DNA from: Thermoanaerobaculia bacterium
GTDB taxonomy: Bacteria; Acidobacteriota; Thermoanaerobaculia; Multivoradales; SZUA-115
Direction of reading: 5' to 3'
DNA: 64,000 nucleotides
NCBI GenBank assembly: GCA_044869955.1
Contig: JBIOYC010000074.1
Span: forward strand, 9,114 to 73,113
How positions within the stretch are numbered: position 1 is the stretch's first letter; each line of letters starts with the position of its first letter. Of the stretch, positions 11,270 to 22,805 are shown one piece after another. The notes beneath the pieces are model-generated. The model ran no database searches. It was not told where the DNA came from and saw only the letters and a list, made by a program, of their open reading frames with translations. Both the position numbers and the translations under genes were made by a program.

Positions 11270-14215
11270 CACGAAGGCGTCGAAGACCAGGGCGCCGAAG
11301 GTCCCGGGATCGAGACCGTTGACCATTCCCATCAGGGCGGCCTCCACGCTCTGGGCGTCGTTGTCGATCGCCGAAAGGTGGGCGACCAGGCCGCCATCGA
11401 TCCACATCTTGGCGTAGCCGTCCGCAGCACCAGGGGCCGTGGCGGCCCGCCACTCGATCTCGACCGACGTGTCGTCTTCGAAGTTGTTCCAGCCGGAGCT
11501 GAGCCAGGTTCCGGCGTCGTCCATGGCGCGCAGCTGCAACCGGAACGATCCAGGGGTCGAGGCGGGCTCGATCGCCACCCGCGAGATCGCGGCGGCGGCG
11601 GAACGGACGATGAAGAGGTAGAACTGATCGCCGGCCGTCATCGACAGGTAGCCGGGGTCGAGGTAGAAGCGGGCACGATAGCGGGGCTCGGCGACCGGTG
11701 TGTTGTCGCGCACGAAGACGGTGTCGCCGCTTCCTCCGGCTCCTGTGTAGAGAGCCCAAGGTCCTGAAAGGTCGTTTTGGTCTTTCACCGACAGTTGGCC
11801 GGTGCCGGTGACCACGGTCATCGACCAAGCCGAGGTGTCGCCGGAGTCGAGCTCGTCCGAGAAGATGTGGTCGTTGCCACACGTGCCGTCGAGGGGATCG
11901 GTCCTCGGGTAGGCGAGGATCTCAGCGCCGTCTTGAGTGCCGTCGCAGTCGCTGTCGGCGGCCTGGGGATCGGTGCCGATCAGGGTCTCAAAGCCGTCAA
12001 CCACGGTGTCAGCGTCGGCATCGGAGTTGGCATAAACCCAGCCCAGGCAGGCGCGACTGCTGACGACTTCGGTGTAGCCGGCGTACTGGCTCGAGCCCAG
12101 CTCGGAGGCGGGGAAGACCGCCTGGTCGTCCACCGCGGGGTTGCGTCGGCGCAGCAGCGGCACTGTGCCTGCCGGCTGGCAGCTGGTCACCGAGCAGGAG
12201 GTGTCGGCGCCGCAGGTCGGGAAGACGTAGCCCTCGACGCCATCCAGGTAGTAGCCGGCGTTGAAGGCCGCGAGCACCTCCGCGTCGTCGATCGCATAGC
12301 GGTGGTCCCGATGGTTGGGGTTGCCGCCGAAGGGGGCGAACTTGCTCAGCCGGTAGAGCGGGAACAACGCCCCGCCCTCGGGGATCGGGTTCACCTCGGT
12401 CGAGAGCACCCAAGCCGAAGCCTTGGGCGTGCCGTTGGGGCAGGAGCCGGTGGTGCAGCCTGGGAAGCTGCCGTAGCCCGGCACGGCGGGGCCAGCCGAG
12501 GAGTAGGTCACACCGGTGGTGTCCTGGATGGCCGCCACGGCCATCTGGGGAACGGTGGTGTAGAAGAAGTCACCGGCCGTGGAGCTGTAGAGGCTGAAGA
12601 GGGGGGTGGCCCGGTTGGCGAGCACCTGACCGTCCACGGTTCCGAGCAGGGACTCGACAGAGGCATCGGCGTCCGGGATGCCGTAGCCCAGGAACTGGTC
12701 CCAGCTGGCGGCCTGGCTTGCGTGGGTGCGCAGGTCCAGCCGGACCTCTTCGGAGCTGAGCATCGGGTCGATCGAGCGCAGTATAGACGCCAGTCCGGTC
12801 ACGTGCGGCGCCGCCATCGAGGTGCCGGTGCAGCCACCGTAGCCGGTGGGGTTGCTCGGGTAGCCGGCGTCCTGACAGGCGGAGGCTGGGTTCCAGCGTT
12901 GCCCCGTGTAGAAGGTGGAGACCACGTCCTTGGCGGGAGCCGCCAGCTCCTGCTGGGCGCCGAAGTTCGACCCGACGCCGACGCCGTCGTCCCAGAACAC
13001 CCCGGGAAACTCGAGCCCGCCGACCGCGATCACCCGCGAGTCACGTGCCGGGAAGGCGACGCTCGAAGCGTTGTTGCCGGAGGCCGCAGCCATCAGCACC
13101 TGACGGTTGGCGCCGTGGGCTAGAGCGGCGCACACCGGCGCCCACGAGGCGGGCGGGCTGGCGCAGCTCGGATGGTTGCCTAAGCTACCGAAGCTCATGT
13201 TGATCACCTGAGTGCCGTGGTCGATCAGCCAGGTGATGCCCTCGGCGACATCGCTCAGATCCTGGCTCTGGCTGACGTCCGCGCCATACTGCTGGCAGAC
13301 AACGTTGGTGCAGGGAATCAGGTGGGAGATCCGGGCGAACATCAGGCTGGTCCGCCAGGCGGTGCCGGCGACTCCGATCCCGTTGTCGGTGGTAGCCGCC
13401 ACGATTCCCGAGACGTGGGAGCCATGGCCGGCGAAGTCGGTGACACCGAACTGCCCCCCTCCTCCCACGATCTCCTCGAGCTGGAGCTCGTCGACGCAGC
13501 GATCGGGCTGGTTGGGGTTGCCGACGTCGACCGAGAGCCGCCGGCGGAAGTTGCCGTGCTCGAAGAGGTTGGTGCTGCCGGAGCGGTGAAAGGCACGCAG
13601 GTCGGGATGGCCGGTCTCGAAAGTGACCCCGGGGCAGTCCGGAGACTTGGCCTCGATGCCGCTGTCGGGGATTCCGGCGTATCCGTGCCCCCGCGTGTGC
13701 TCCCAGGCCGCCGGGAGGTTCATTAGGTGGAGCCCCCACTGCGGCCCCTGGCTTCCCGGAGACTGGGGGAACAGGGGGTCGTTGGGATCGAGGAAGGGCT
13801 CCACAGAGCCGTCCTCGTCAGCGACGAGCACGTTCGAGTCGGCGGCCAGGGCGTTCTTGGCCGTTTCGAGGTCCGTCGTCGAGGCGTACTCGATGACCAC
13901 GTAGCGCTCGAGCAGGGCGCGCGGGTCCTCGGGATTGGCCAGGAGCCAGGCCAGAAAGTCGCCCTGCGCCCGCTCGGCGAGCAGGGGCTCGGCAGCGACC
14001 GGCGATCCGCTGCCAAGCGCGCCAGGCAGGGGAGTGCGGTTGTTGACGCCGTCGACGACTTGCTGTGGGCTCGGGGCTGCCGGCTCTGGAGCCAGCAGGA
14101 CGACCAGTTCGGGGACTCCGTCGGCCTCGGAGCCGAAGGTGGGTTGAACGAAGCTGCCGAAGGTCAGCAGCGAGGCCAGGGCGAAGCCGAGGCCTTGGGA
14201 TGGCTGGGCTGTCAC
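11234..14215 (-). CDS. Secreted subtilisin-like serine protease (S8) with C-terminal accessory domains
   Basis: Catalytic triad motifs IPDSGIE (Asp), GHGSHVSG (His) and GTSMAAPHVTG (Ser). A GTG start at 14215 is preferred: AAGGAGG sits 5 nt upstream and the encoded N-terminus is a signal peptide. Confidence 0.8.
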   Translation of the reverse strand: MTAQPSQGLGFALASLLTFGSFVQPTFGSEADGVPELVVLLAPEPAAPSPQQVVDGVNNRTPLPGALGSGSPVAAEPLLAERAQGDFLAWLLANPEDPRALLERYVVIEYASTTDLETAKNALAADSNVLVADEDGSVEPFLDPNDPLFPQSPGSQGPQWGLHLMNLPAAWEHTRGHGYAGIPDSGIEAKSPDCPGVTFETGHPDLRAFHRSGSTNLFEHGNFRRRLSVDVGNPNQPDRCVDELQLEEIVGGGGQFGVTDFAGHGSHVSGIVAATTDNGIGVAGTAWRTSLMFARISHLIPCTNVVCQQYGADVSQSQDLSDVAEGITWLIDHGTQVINMSFGSLGNHPSCASPPASWAPVCAALAHGANRQVLMAAASGNNASSVAFPARDSRVIAVGGLEFPGVFWDDGVGVGSNFGAQQELAAPAKDVVSTFYTGQRWNPASACQDAGYPSNPTGYGGCTGTSMAAPHVTGLASILRSIDPMLSSEEVRLDLRTHASQAASWDQFLGYGIPDADASVESLLGTVDGQVLANRATPLFSLYSSTAGDFFYTTVPQMAVAAIQDTTGVTYSSAGPAVPGYGSFPGCTTGSCPNGTPKASAWVLSTEVNPIPEGGALFPLYRLSKFAPFGGNPNHRDHRYAIDDAEVLAAFNAGYYLDGVEGYVFPTCGADTSCSVTSCQPAGTVPLLRRRNPAVDDQAVFPASELGSSQYAGYTEVVSSRACLGWVYANSDADADTVVDGFETLIGTDPQAADSDCDGTQDGAEILAYPRTDPLDGTCGNDHIFSDELDSGDTSAWSMTVVTGTGQLSVKDQNDLSGPWALYTGAGGSGDTVFVRDNTPVAEPRYRARFYLDPGYLSMTAGDQFYLFIVRSAAAAISRVAIEPASTPGSFRLQLRAMDDAGTWLSSGWNNFEDDTSVEIEWRAATAPGAADGYAKMWIDGGLVAHLSAIDNDAQSVEAALMGMVNGLDPGTFGALVFDAFVSRRTTYIGPLP

Positions 14216-14471
14216 GATTCCTCCTTCGCGGGCTACCGGGCCCGCTCTCATCCGGTATGGCGGGAGGTCTTCGCCAGAGCTCTCAACCGAAGCGTTCCCG
14301 TTGGGCAGCGACGGCACGATTGAGTTGGGGCGGATCGATAATCAGGAACTACATTCTGACGAGATAAGACATCCCCGGGTGTCACGGTTCACTCTTCGGC
14401 CTCACTCTCTTGTGCAGAGCAACCGCTCGAACAGCATTCGCGTCCCCCAGTGGAACGGAAAGGAGCCAGGC

Positions 14472-15032
14472 ATGAAGAAGTTCCTCGCTGGCGGCTTTGC
14501 GCTCGCGGCCCTCCTGGCCGCTCCGGCGCTGGCCTCGACCTTCGCCGCCATGGACCAGAAGGCTCTGGTCCGCGCGGCCGACGTCGTGATCGAAGGCGAA
14601 GTCCTCCAGGTGAGCTCGTTCTGGACCCCGGGCGGAGAGGTCATCATCTCCGAGGCCTTGATCCTGGTCCGCGAGAACGTGGTGGGTGGCGCCGACGGCG
14701 TGATCGTCGTGCGCACCTTCGGCGGCACCGTCAACGGCTACACCGTGGAGGCGCACGGCTTTCCCACCTTCGAGAAGGGTGAGCGCCAGCTGCTTTTCCT
14801 CGAGGCGGAGGAGGACGGGGTCCGGCGGGTTGCCGGCTACCAGCAGGGCCAGTTCCGGATCGTTCCCGACCTGGAAGGCAGGCCGGTCGCGGTATCGGCC
14901 CTCGAGGCCGATACTCACCTGGTCAAACCGAATGGTCGCGTCGTCACCCTGCCGCGGGAGCTGCCTCTCGAGCAGCTGAAGGGGCTCGTCCGGAACGAGG
15001 CACGGCGCCAGGGCCGCGCGCTCGAGAACTAG
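14472..15032 (+). CDS. Small secreted hypothetical protein (P1), partner of the downstream metzincin
   Basis: SD AAGGAG, signal peptide MKKFLAGGFALAALLAAPALA. High GC3 is consistent with coding. It lies 22 nt upstream of the metzincin gene. Confidence 0.6.
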   Translation: MKKFLAGGFALAALLAAPALASTFAAMDQKALVRAADVVIEGEVLQVSSFWTPGGEVIISEALILVRENVVGGADGVIVVRTFGGTVNGYTVEAHGFPTFEKGERQLLFLEAEEDGVRRVAGYQQGQFRIVPDLEGRPVAVSALEADTHLVKPNGRVVTLPRELPLEQLKGLVRNEARRQGRALEN

Positions 15033-15054
15033 GCCAAGGAAAAGGAACCGAACC

Positions 15055-15681
15055 ATGAAGAAGACTCGCCTCTTCACCCTCGCCGCCTTCGCCCTGGTCT
15101 GCCTCCTGGTGGCCGGCAGCCTCTTCGCCTACGTCCTTCTCTCGCCGCGCCGCACCTGGGACGCGGACCCCAACGTCATCGTCGACAGCCGCGGCAACAC
15201 CTCGGTCACCGACGGGGCCGGCGGTCGCAACTACGTGCGCAGCGCGATCGTCTCGACGGCGGCCTGGAACGGTGCGGGCTCGGGCACCGTGGTCAACGCC
15301 ACGATCGGCTCGGTCTCGGCCTTCTCGTTGGGCGACGGCACGCCGATGCTCAACCTGCGTGACCCCACCGGGGCCTGCAACGGCTCTTGCCTGGCGGCCA
15401 CCTTCACCGGCTATTACAGCCGGCGTTCGAACGGCACCTACCGCATCTACGACGCCGACATCGTCACCAACCCGTCGCTCAACTTCGCCTCCGCGGGCGA
15501 GGCCTGCTCCGGCAGCGAGTACCGCATCGAGGGAGTGATGGTGCACGAGGTGGGGCACCTGCTGGGCCTGGGTCACACCAGCGTCTCCGGCGCCACCATG
15601 TTCCCTTCCGTCTCCGCCTGCAACAACAACCCGGCCTCGACCGAGGCCGACGACGAAGCAGGTATCAACGACCTGTATTGA
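15055..15681 (+). CDS. Small secreted zinc metalloprotease, metzincin (HEVGHLLGLGH plus ATMFP Met-turn; M10/M7-like)
   Basis: The HExxHxxGxxH zinc motif and Met-turn are read directly. Signal/TM N-terminus. SD AAGGAA. Confidence 0.75.
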   Translation: MKKTRLFTLAAFALVCLLVAGSLFAYVLLSPRRTWDADPNVIVDSRGNTSVTDGAGGRNYVRSAIVSTAAWNGAGSGTVVNATIGSVSAFSLGDGTPMLNLRDPTGACNGSCLAATFTGYYSRRSNGTYRIYDADIVTNPSLNFASAGEACSGSEYRIEGVMVHEVGHLLGLGHTSVSGATMFPSVSACNNNPASTEADDEAGINDLY

Positions 15682-15786
15682 TCGATCCTGCAGACTGATC
15701 GAACCCCGCGCCGTGGAGCGATCCACGGCGCGGTTTCCTTCAGCTTGGTGTGGGCTGGTCTCGCGGCATGGCCAGAACGATCGCGC

Positions 15787-16083
15787 TCAAGGCAAGTGCC
15801 GTTCAAGGTCCAGCTTGCCGTGGTAGATGCCGAGGACCTCGATGGACTGCTCGGGGCCGATGAGGTAAGCGATGCGGTAGTGGCCGTAGAGGAGGGTGCG
15901 GATCGGCCCTCCGGGGGTGTCGCGGTAGCGATGGCCCAGCTCGGGGAATCGCCTCAGGCTCTGGATTTTGTCGTAGATCCCGCGAACGGTGCGGCGAGCG
16001 GCGGTGGGGTTGTCCAGGGCGATGAAGTCGTGGATCTCCCGCAGCCAGCTCTCAGCCTCGGGTGTCCACCTTATTCTCCCCAT
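15787..16083 (-). CDS. parE: Type II toxin, ParE/RelE family
   Basis: 98 aa. The C-terminal RIAYLIGPEQSIEVLGIYHG region is typical of ParE/RelE. It overlaps the upstream antitoxin by 13 bp. Confidence 0.7.
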   Translation of the reverse strand: MGRIRWTPEAESWLREIHDFIALDNPTAARRTVRGIYDKIQSLRRFPELGHRYRDTPGGPIRTLLYGHYRIAYLIGPEQSIEVLGIYHGKLDLERHLP

Positions 16084-16268
16084 GCCGCGATCCGCCGCTC
16101 CATCTCTTCGTCGCTGATCAGGCGCCCGGCTCTCACGTCCTCGAGCCCGCGTTCGACCATCCGGGCGAAGGCCAGCTCGTGGAGGAGCTCGTCGAAGCTG
16201 CTGTCCTCGGGTTGATCGTCGAGGATCTCGCGGATTCGCTCCTTGGCGGTCAGCGTGGCAGTGCTCAT
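16071..16268 (-). CDS. Putative addiction-module antitoxin (65 aa, TIGR02574-like)
   Basis: A small acidic protein immediately upstream of, and overlapping, the ParE-like toxin. It is the C-terminal part of a 149-aa track ORF; the N-terminal part is rejected as low-complexity. Confidence 0.55.
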   Translation of the reverse strand: MSTATLTAKERIREILDDQPEDSSFDELLHELAFARMVERGLEDVRAGRLISDEEMERRIAAWGE

Positions 16269-16290
16269 GGTCTCGAACCTCCGCGTGATT

Positions 16291-17076
16291 CTACCGCCCC
16301 TTCGCCTCCTCCCACAGCCGGTCCATCTCTTCGAGGGTGGCGTCGTTGACGCTCCGGCCGTCGGCGGCGAGGGCAGTTTCGATGTAGGCGAAGCGCTGGC
16401 GGAACTTGCGGTTGGTGGCGGCGAGCGCGGCTTCGGGGTCGACCTCGAGCTTCCTCGCCAGGTTGACGGCGGTGAACAGGAGGTCGCCGATCTCCTCGGC
16501 CACGGCCTCGCGCCCCCCATCCTCGGTGACCGCCTGGCGCAGCTCGGCGACTTCCTCGTCGACCTTGACCAGCACGTCCCCCGGCTCGGGCCAGTCGAAG
16601 CCGACGCCGGCGGCCTTCTGGGTCATGCGATAGGCGGCGGTGAGCGCGGGCAGGGAGCGGGGCACCCCGGCGAGGAGCGAACGCGCGCCGCCCTCCTGGG
16701 CCACCTTGCGCCGCTCCCAGGCCTCGCGCACGGCCGCGGCGTCGGCCAGCTTCTCCTCCCCGAAGACGTGGGGGTGGCGCTCGATCATCTTGCGCAGGAC
16801 GTGAGCGATCGAGTCGCCCAGGTGGAGGGTGCCGGCCTCCTCACCCAGCCGTCCGACGAAGGCGATCTGGAAGAGCAGGTCTCCCAGCTCCTCGGTGAGG
16901 CCGGCCCAATCGCCGTCGTCGATCGCCGCTGCGGCCTCGTGCGCCTCCTCGAGCAGATAGGCGCGGAGGTCGGACAGGCCCTGGCGGCGGTCCCAGGGGC
17001 AGCCGTCCGGTGCGCGCAGCCGGGCGACCAGCTCGAGCAAGGGGGCGAGGTCGGTCGGCGGCCCCGGCCGGCTCAT
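16291..17076 (-). CDS. mazG: Nucleoside triphosphate pyrophosphohydrolase MazG
   Basis: Two tandem MazG domains (EEAHEAAAAID, EEVAELRQAV, EEIGDLLF). Confidence 0.85.
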   Translation of the reverse strand: MSRPGPPTDLAPLLELVARLRAPDGCPWDRRQGLSDLRAYLLEEAHEAAAAIDDGDWAGLTEELGDLLFQIAFVGRLGEEAGTLHLGDSIAHVLRKMIERHPHVFGEEKLADAAAVREAWERRKVAQEGGARSLLAGVPRSLPALTAAYRMTQKAAGVGFDWPEPGDVLVKVDEEVAELRQAVTEDGGREAVAEEIGDLLFTAVNLARKLEVDPEAALAATNRKFRQRFAYIETALAADGRSVNDATLEEMDRLWEEAKGR

Positions 17077-17172
17077 GGTGGCGCCGCATCTCCTTGCCTC
17101 GCAGTTTCTCGCCTTGCTACGATCGCCGAAAGTTCCACCACCTCGGCCTTGGGCCGGTGCGGGCGCTGAGCC

Positions 17173-17637
17173 ATGAGCGAGCCAGAGATCAAGGTCGTCG
17201 ACAAGCGAATCTTCCTAGCGGACGGGAGTCTACGGGAAGAGTACCGGTTCCTCGAAGAGGAGGCGTCCGCGCGAGCCGCGTCGGCGCCCGCGGAGCCGCC
17301 GTCCACCCCGGCGGCGCCTGCGGCGACCTCGCTCCCGCCGCCGGCCGCGCCTCTAGCCGAGCCTTCGCCGGAGCTCGATCCTTTCGGGCCGGACCCGGGA
17401 GGCCCCGGCTTCTTCCACCTGCTCGAGATGATCGCCGGCCCGATCTCGATCTACCTGGGGGACGCCCCCCTCCCCGGTGGGCAGGACGGAGAGGACCTGG
17501 AGATGGCCCGGCTCCACATCGACCTGCTGTCGGTGCTGAAGCAGAAGACCGCGGGCAACCTCTCCGCCCGCGAGGCGGCCGTGCTCGAGGACCTGATCTA
17601 CCGCTTCCGCATGCGATACGTCCAGAAGCAGGGGTAG
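17173..17637 (+). CDS. DUF1844 domain protein
   Basis: N-terminal VVDKRIF, an acidic/Pro linker, and a C-terminal LHIDLLSVLKQKTAGNL...LIYRFRMRYV pattern characteristic of DUF1844. Confidence 0.6.
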   Translation: MSEPEIKVVDKRIFLADGSLREEYRFLEEEASARAASAPAEPPSTPAAPAATSLPPPAAPLAEPSPELDPFGPDPGGPGFFHLLEMIAGPISIYLGDAPLPGGQDGEDLEMARLHIDLLSVLKQKTAGNLSAREAAVLEDLIYRFRMRYVQKQG

Positions 17638-17656
17638 GCGCGCTCGCCTTTCCACG

Positions 17657-19441
17657 TTGCCGATGCTGCCAGCCAGGCCACGCCGGTTCCGAGCCGGGCT
17701 CTTGCGGCTCGCGCTGTTGGCCGTGGTGGTCCAGACGCCCGCCGCCGGAGCCGCGGGCGGAGTGGTCGGCTTCGAGCTGACCCCCGAGGCGAAGCGGGCC
17801 CTGGTCCGCCTCGAGGAGCAGTGGGACCAGTGGACGGCGGCGCTCGAGGGGCAGGAGTACAAGCGGGCGAGCACGGTTTTCGAAGGGCTTTCGGGCAGCA
17901 TCCGGGACCTCGGCATGTCGGCCGTGCCAGACCTGGCCGTCGCCGCGGAGGCCCTGGCCATCCGTGCCGCCCGCCAGGGTCAGCTCGACAAGGCGACGGC
18001 CGCCCTCGCCGCCGCCGAGCGGCTCGATCCCGGGCGCCCCGAGCACCTCTTCGCCTCGGCCCGGATCGCGCGTCTCGAGGGTCGCCCGTTCGGGGCGGCC
18101 CTGCTCCACGTCCGCGGCTGGCTGCGCCTGCTCAGCTGGCGAGCCGAACGGCGGATCGCCCTGACCAACGTCTCGCTCTGGTTGATGGCCTCGGCGCTGA
18201 CCGCCTGTGCCCTCTTCGTGGTGCTCCAGCTGGCGGTCAAAGGGGGAGGGCTGCTGCAGGACGCGCGGCGCCTGTTCGCCCGCCTTGGAGCACCGGGCTT
18301 GGGCCTCGCCGCCGGCCTCCTGGTGCTGGTGCTGCCGGCGCTGCTGCCGCCGCAGCCGATCTGGGCGATCCTGGTCGGCTCCGTGCTGATCTGGGGCTAC
18401 TGCACTCCGAGCGAACGCCTCGTCCTGGCCTCCCTCTGGCTGCTCTGGGGCGCCGCCCCCTTCGTCCTCGACCACGGCCGGCAGGTGGTCCAAGAAGAGC
18501 TCTCGCCGCCCCTGCGTGCGGTCGAGGACCTGCGACGAGGGCGCCTCCATGGCGAGTTCTTCTCCGACATCGGCACCTTGACCGGCCTGCTCCCGGATCG
18601 CGTCGAGGTGATCCACCTGCTCGCCGATCTCCACCGCACCCTCGGCCAGTGGGACGCGGCGAGAGCCCACTACGGCCAGGTGCTGACCTCCGAGCCGAGC
18701 AACACCGCCGCCCTGCTCAACATCGGCAGCTACTACTTCCTGCGTGGCGACTACGGCTCCGCGGTGTCGTATTTCAAGCGTGCCACCCAGGCGGCTCCCG
18801 ACTCGCCGGCGGCCTGGTTCGACCTGAGCCAGGCCTACTATCAGCAATACCTCTTCCCGGAGGCCCAGCAGGCCCTCGACCGGGCGAGCGCTCTCGACCT
18901 CGCCCGGGTGACCGTGTGGTCGAACGCCTCGGCCGGGGAGAGGCTGCGGACGGACAGCAGCGGTCTCGCTCGTGGCGACGCCATCCGGGACGATCTCGCG
19001 AGCCTGCTGCGCGGCGAGGATCACGGCCCGGGAGACTGGCGGCGCCGCGGCCGGTGGATCTCCCTGGCGGCCACCTTGGTGCTGCTCGCGCTGGCCCTGA
19101 CCCTCCACGTGGCTCGCCGGCCTCACGGTTACTCCGAGCCCGGCCTTGAGGAGCTGTTGTCGCGCTCGACCGGCGAGCGGGCGCTGCGGCAGCTGCTGCC
19201 CGGCCTGGCCGCCGCCGAGGCGGGGGAGGGAGTGCTCGCCTGGCTGGACCTGTGGGTGCCGACCGCCCTGCTGATGGTCCCCCTGGGCCCGGCCCTGGCG
19301 TTCGACCTGCCCCTCGGTTTCGACCCCGGCGGCGGCTTGCTGTGGACGGTGGGTCTCGGTGGTCTGGCGATCTTCCTGCTGCCGCGGCTGATCCGGCTGC
19401 TCCTGCGCCTGCGCGGGGGCCGGCTGCTGGAGGCGAGCTGA
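17657..19441 (+). CDS. Membrane-embedded TPR-repeat protein
   Basis: Signal/TM segments plus TPR repeats (AALLNIGSYYFLRGDYGSAVSYFKRA). Its stop overlaps the next start (TGATG). Confidence 0.7.
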   Translation: MPMLPARPRRFRAGLLRLALLAVVVQTPAAGAAGGVVGFELTPEAKRALVRLEEQWDQWTAALEGQEYKRASTVFEGLSGSIRDLGMSAVPDLAVAAEALAIRAARQGQLDKATAALAAAERLDPGRPEHLFASARIARLEGRPFGAALLHVRGWLRLLSWRAERRIALTNVSLWLMASALTACALFVVLQLAVKGGGLLQDARRLFARLGAPGLGLAAGLLVLVLPALLPPQPIWAILVGSVLIWGYCTPSERLVLASLWLLWGAAPFVLDHGRQVVQEELSPPLRAVEDLRRGRLHGEFFSDIGTLTGLLPDRVEVIHLLADLHRTLGQWDAARAHYGQVLTSEPSNTAALLNIGSYYFLRGDYGSAVSYFKRATQAAPDSPAAWFDLSQAYYQQYLFPEAQQALDRASALDLARVTVWSNASAGERLRTDSSGLARGDAIRDDLASLLRGEDHGPGDWRRRGRWISLAATLVLLALALTLHVARRPHGYSEPGLEELLSRSTGERALRQLLPGLAAAEAGEGVLAWLDLWVPTALLMVPLGPALAFDLPLGFDPGGGLLWTVGLGGLAIFLLPRLIRLLLRLRGGRLLEAS

Positions 19442-20775
19442 TGTCGATCGAAGGCTCGCTCGAGTACTTTCAGCTGCCGGACATCCTGCAGGTGGTCGCC
19501 CAACAGGGCAAAACCGGCATCCTCACCGTCCAGGGCGAAGCGGACATCATCGCCATCTCCTTCGAGCACGGCAAGATCGTCGGTGCCGATGCCCTGAACC
19601 AGACCCTCGAGGAGGCGCTGGGAGAGGTGCTCGCCAGCCAGGGCCTGGTGGCGCCCTCCGCCTTCGCCGCCGTGGCTGCCGAGCAACGGACCCGCGAGGG
19701 CCGCCTGATCGACCTGCTGGTCCAGCGGGGCGTGATCCAGCGGGACCAGCTCCTCGGTGCCCTGCGCCGCCACACCATGCGCCTGCTCTCCGAGCTGCTC
19801 CACTGGCGCAAGGGCGAGTTCAAGTTCTACAGCGGGGAGGAGGTCTCCTACGAGGAGGGCTTCCAGCCGATCTCGGTGGACGAGCTGCTGTTGAGATCCG
19901 TCGAGGAGGCGGCGGGGGAGGGCCATCCCACCATTCCAGACTCCCGCTCGATCTACGAGAGCGTGCCCCCGGACCGGCCGATTCGCCTGCGCCGGGAGGA
20001 GGAGGGACCGGCCCTGCCGGACAGCCGGGCGTTCTGGCTGACCGAGGGGGAGAAGTCCGTCTACGACCACCTGGCGGTGGGCCACAACGTCGCGGCTCTG
20101 GTGCGCAAGAGCGGGCTCGACGAGTACAAGGTGCGCTACAACTTGCACCGGCTGCTCGAGCTGGGCCTGGCGCGTCGGCGGATGGGGTTGCCCGGAGCCT
20201 CCGCCACGAGTCGCACCGCGCCGGCCGCCGAACAGGCTCCTGCCCCGGCCCGGCTGGCACCGCCCGCCGCCCAGCCGGCGCCCGTCCTGACCCTGCCGCG
20301 ACTGCCGGAGACGCCGGCGGCGGTGCGGCCCCGCTACGGGCTGCTCGCCGCCGCGCTGGGAGTGGCGGCGGGCTTGGCCCTCCTGGTTTTGCTGGCCCGC
20401 AACCCGCTCCGGATGGGGCTGCCGTTTCCCTGGCAGGCGACTGAGCGGGAAGCCCTCTTCGACCAGGTCGCCGCCGCGTCCTCGGCGAAGATCGACGATG
20501 CGGTCAAGGCTTACCACCTGCTGGAGGGTCGCTTCCCGGACCGCCTCGAGAACCTGATCAGCCTCGGGCTCCTGCACCGTCAGGACCTCGAGGATCCCCT
20601 GGGCCGTCCCTTCGTCTGGGAGGTCGAGGGCGACGCCTACCAGCTCTCGACCGCCGAGGGCTCTCCCTACTCCTTCACCGTCCGCGAGGCGGTGACCGGC
20701 CATTTCCTGCTCGACCCCGAGCTGGCGAGCGGCCCCGGAGCCAGCGAAGCCCAGCCCCTGATCCTGCTCGATTGA
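19441..20775 (+). CDS. DUF4388 (PATAN-like) domain protein with a C-terminal TM segment
   Basis: The N-terminal LEYFQLPDILQVVAQQGKTGILTV is the DUF4388 signature. The ATG at 19441 is preferred over the track's upstream in-frame start because of the translational coupling. Confidence 0.7.
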   Translation: MSIEGSLEYFQLPDILQVVAQQGKTGILTVQGEADIIAISFEHGKIVGADALNQTLEEALGEVLASQGLVAPSAFAAVAAEQRTREGRLIDLLVQRGVIQRDQLLGALRRHTMRLLSELLHWRKGEFKFYSGEEVSYEEGFQPISVDELLLRSVEEAAGEGHPTIPDSRSIYESVPPDRPIRLRREEEGPALPDSRAFWLTEGEKSVYDHLAVGHNVAALVRKSGLDEYKVRYNLHRLLELGLARRRMGLPGASATSRTAPAAEQAPAPARLAPPAAQPAPVLTLPRLPETPAAVRPRYGLLAAALGVAAGLALLVLLARNPLRMGLPFPWQATEREALFDQVAAASSAKIDDAVKAYHLLEGRFPDRLENLISLGLLHRQDLEDPLGRPFVWEVEGDAYQLSTAEGSPYSFTVREAVTGHFLLDPELASGPGASEAQPLILLD

Positions 20776-20827
20776 AGCCGCTGGAATAAATCTTAGCGTC
20801 TCGTTGTCATATCTCCTGAGGGCGAAC

Positions 20828-20858
20828 CTTGACAGGGATCGACTAAGGTTCGTACACT
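20828..20858 (+). promoter_or_regulatory. Candidate dnaK promoter (TTGACA-N18-TACACT) overlapping a weak HAIR-like dyad (CTTGACA-N7-ACTAAGG)
   Basis: Hexamers read directly about 35 nt upstream of the dnaK GTG. The HAIR resemblance is imperfect. Confidence 0.3.
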
Positions 20859-20891
20859 TCGGGACCTAACGGGAAGAAATGGAGAACAGCG

Positions 20892-22793
<1,902 letters not shown>

Positions 22794-22805
22794 GGGCGAT
22801 CCGCC

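Noticed and set aside
19252-19440. N-terminal 63-aa extension of the DUF4388 ORF
   Set aside because: It overlaps the TPR gene in another frame and is Arg/Pro-rich. The ATG at 19441 overlapping the upstream stop (TGATG) is the better start.
20828-20848. HspR HAIR element upstream of dnaK
   Set aside because: CTTGACA-N7-ACTAAGG matches only about 9 of 14 consensus positions and is not a true inverted repeat. It is kept only as a low-confidence note.
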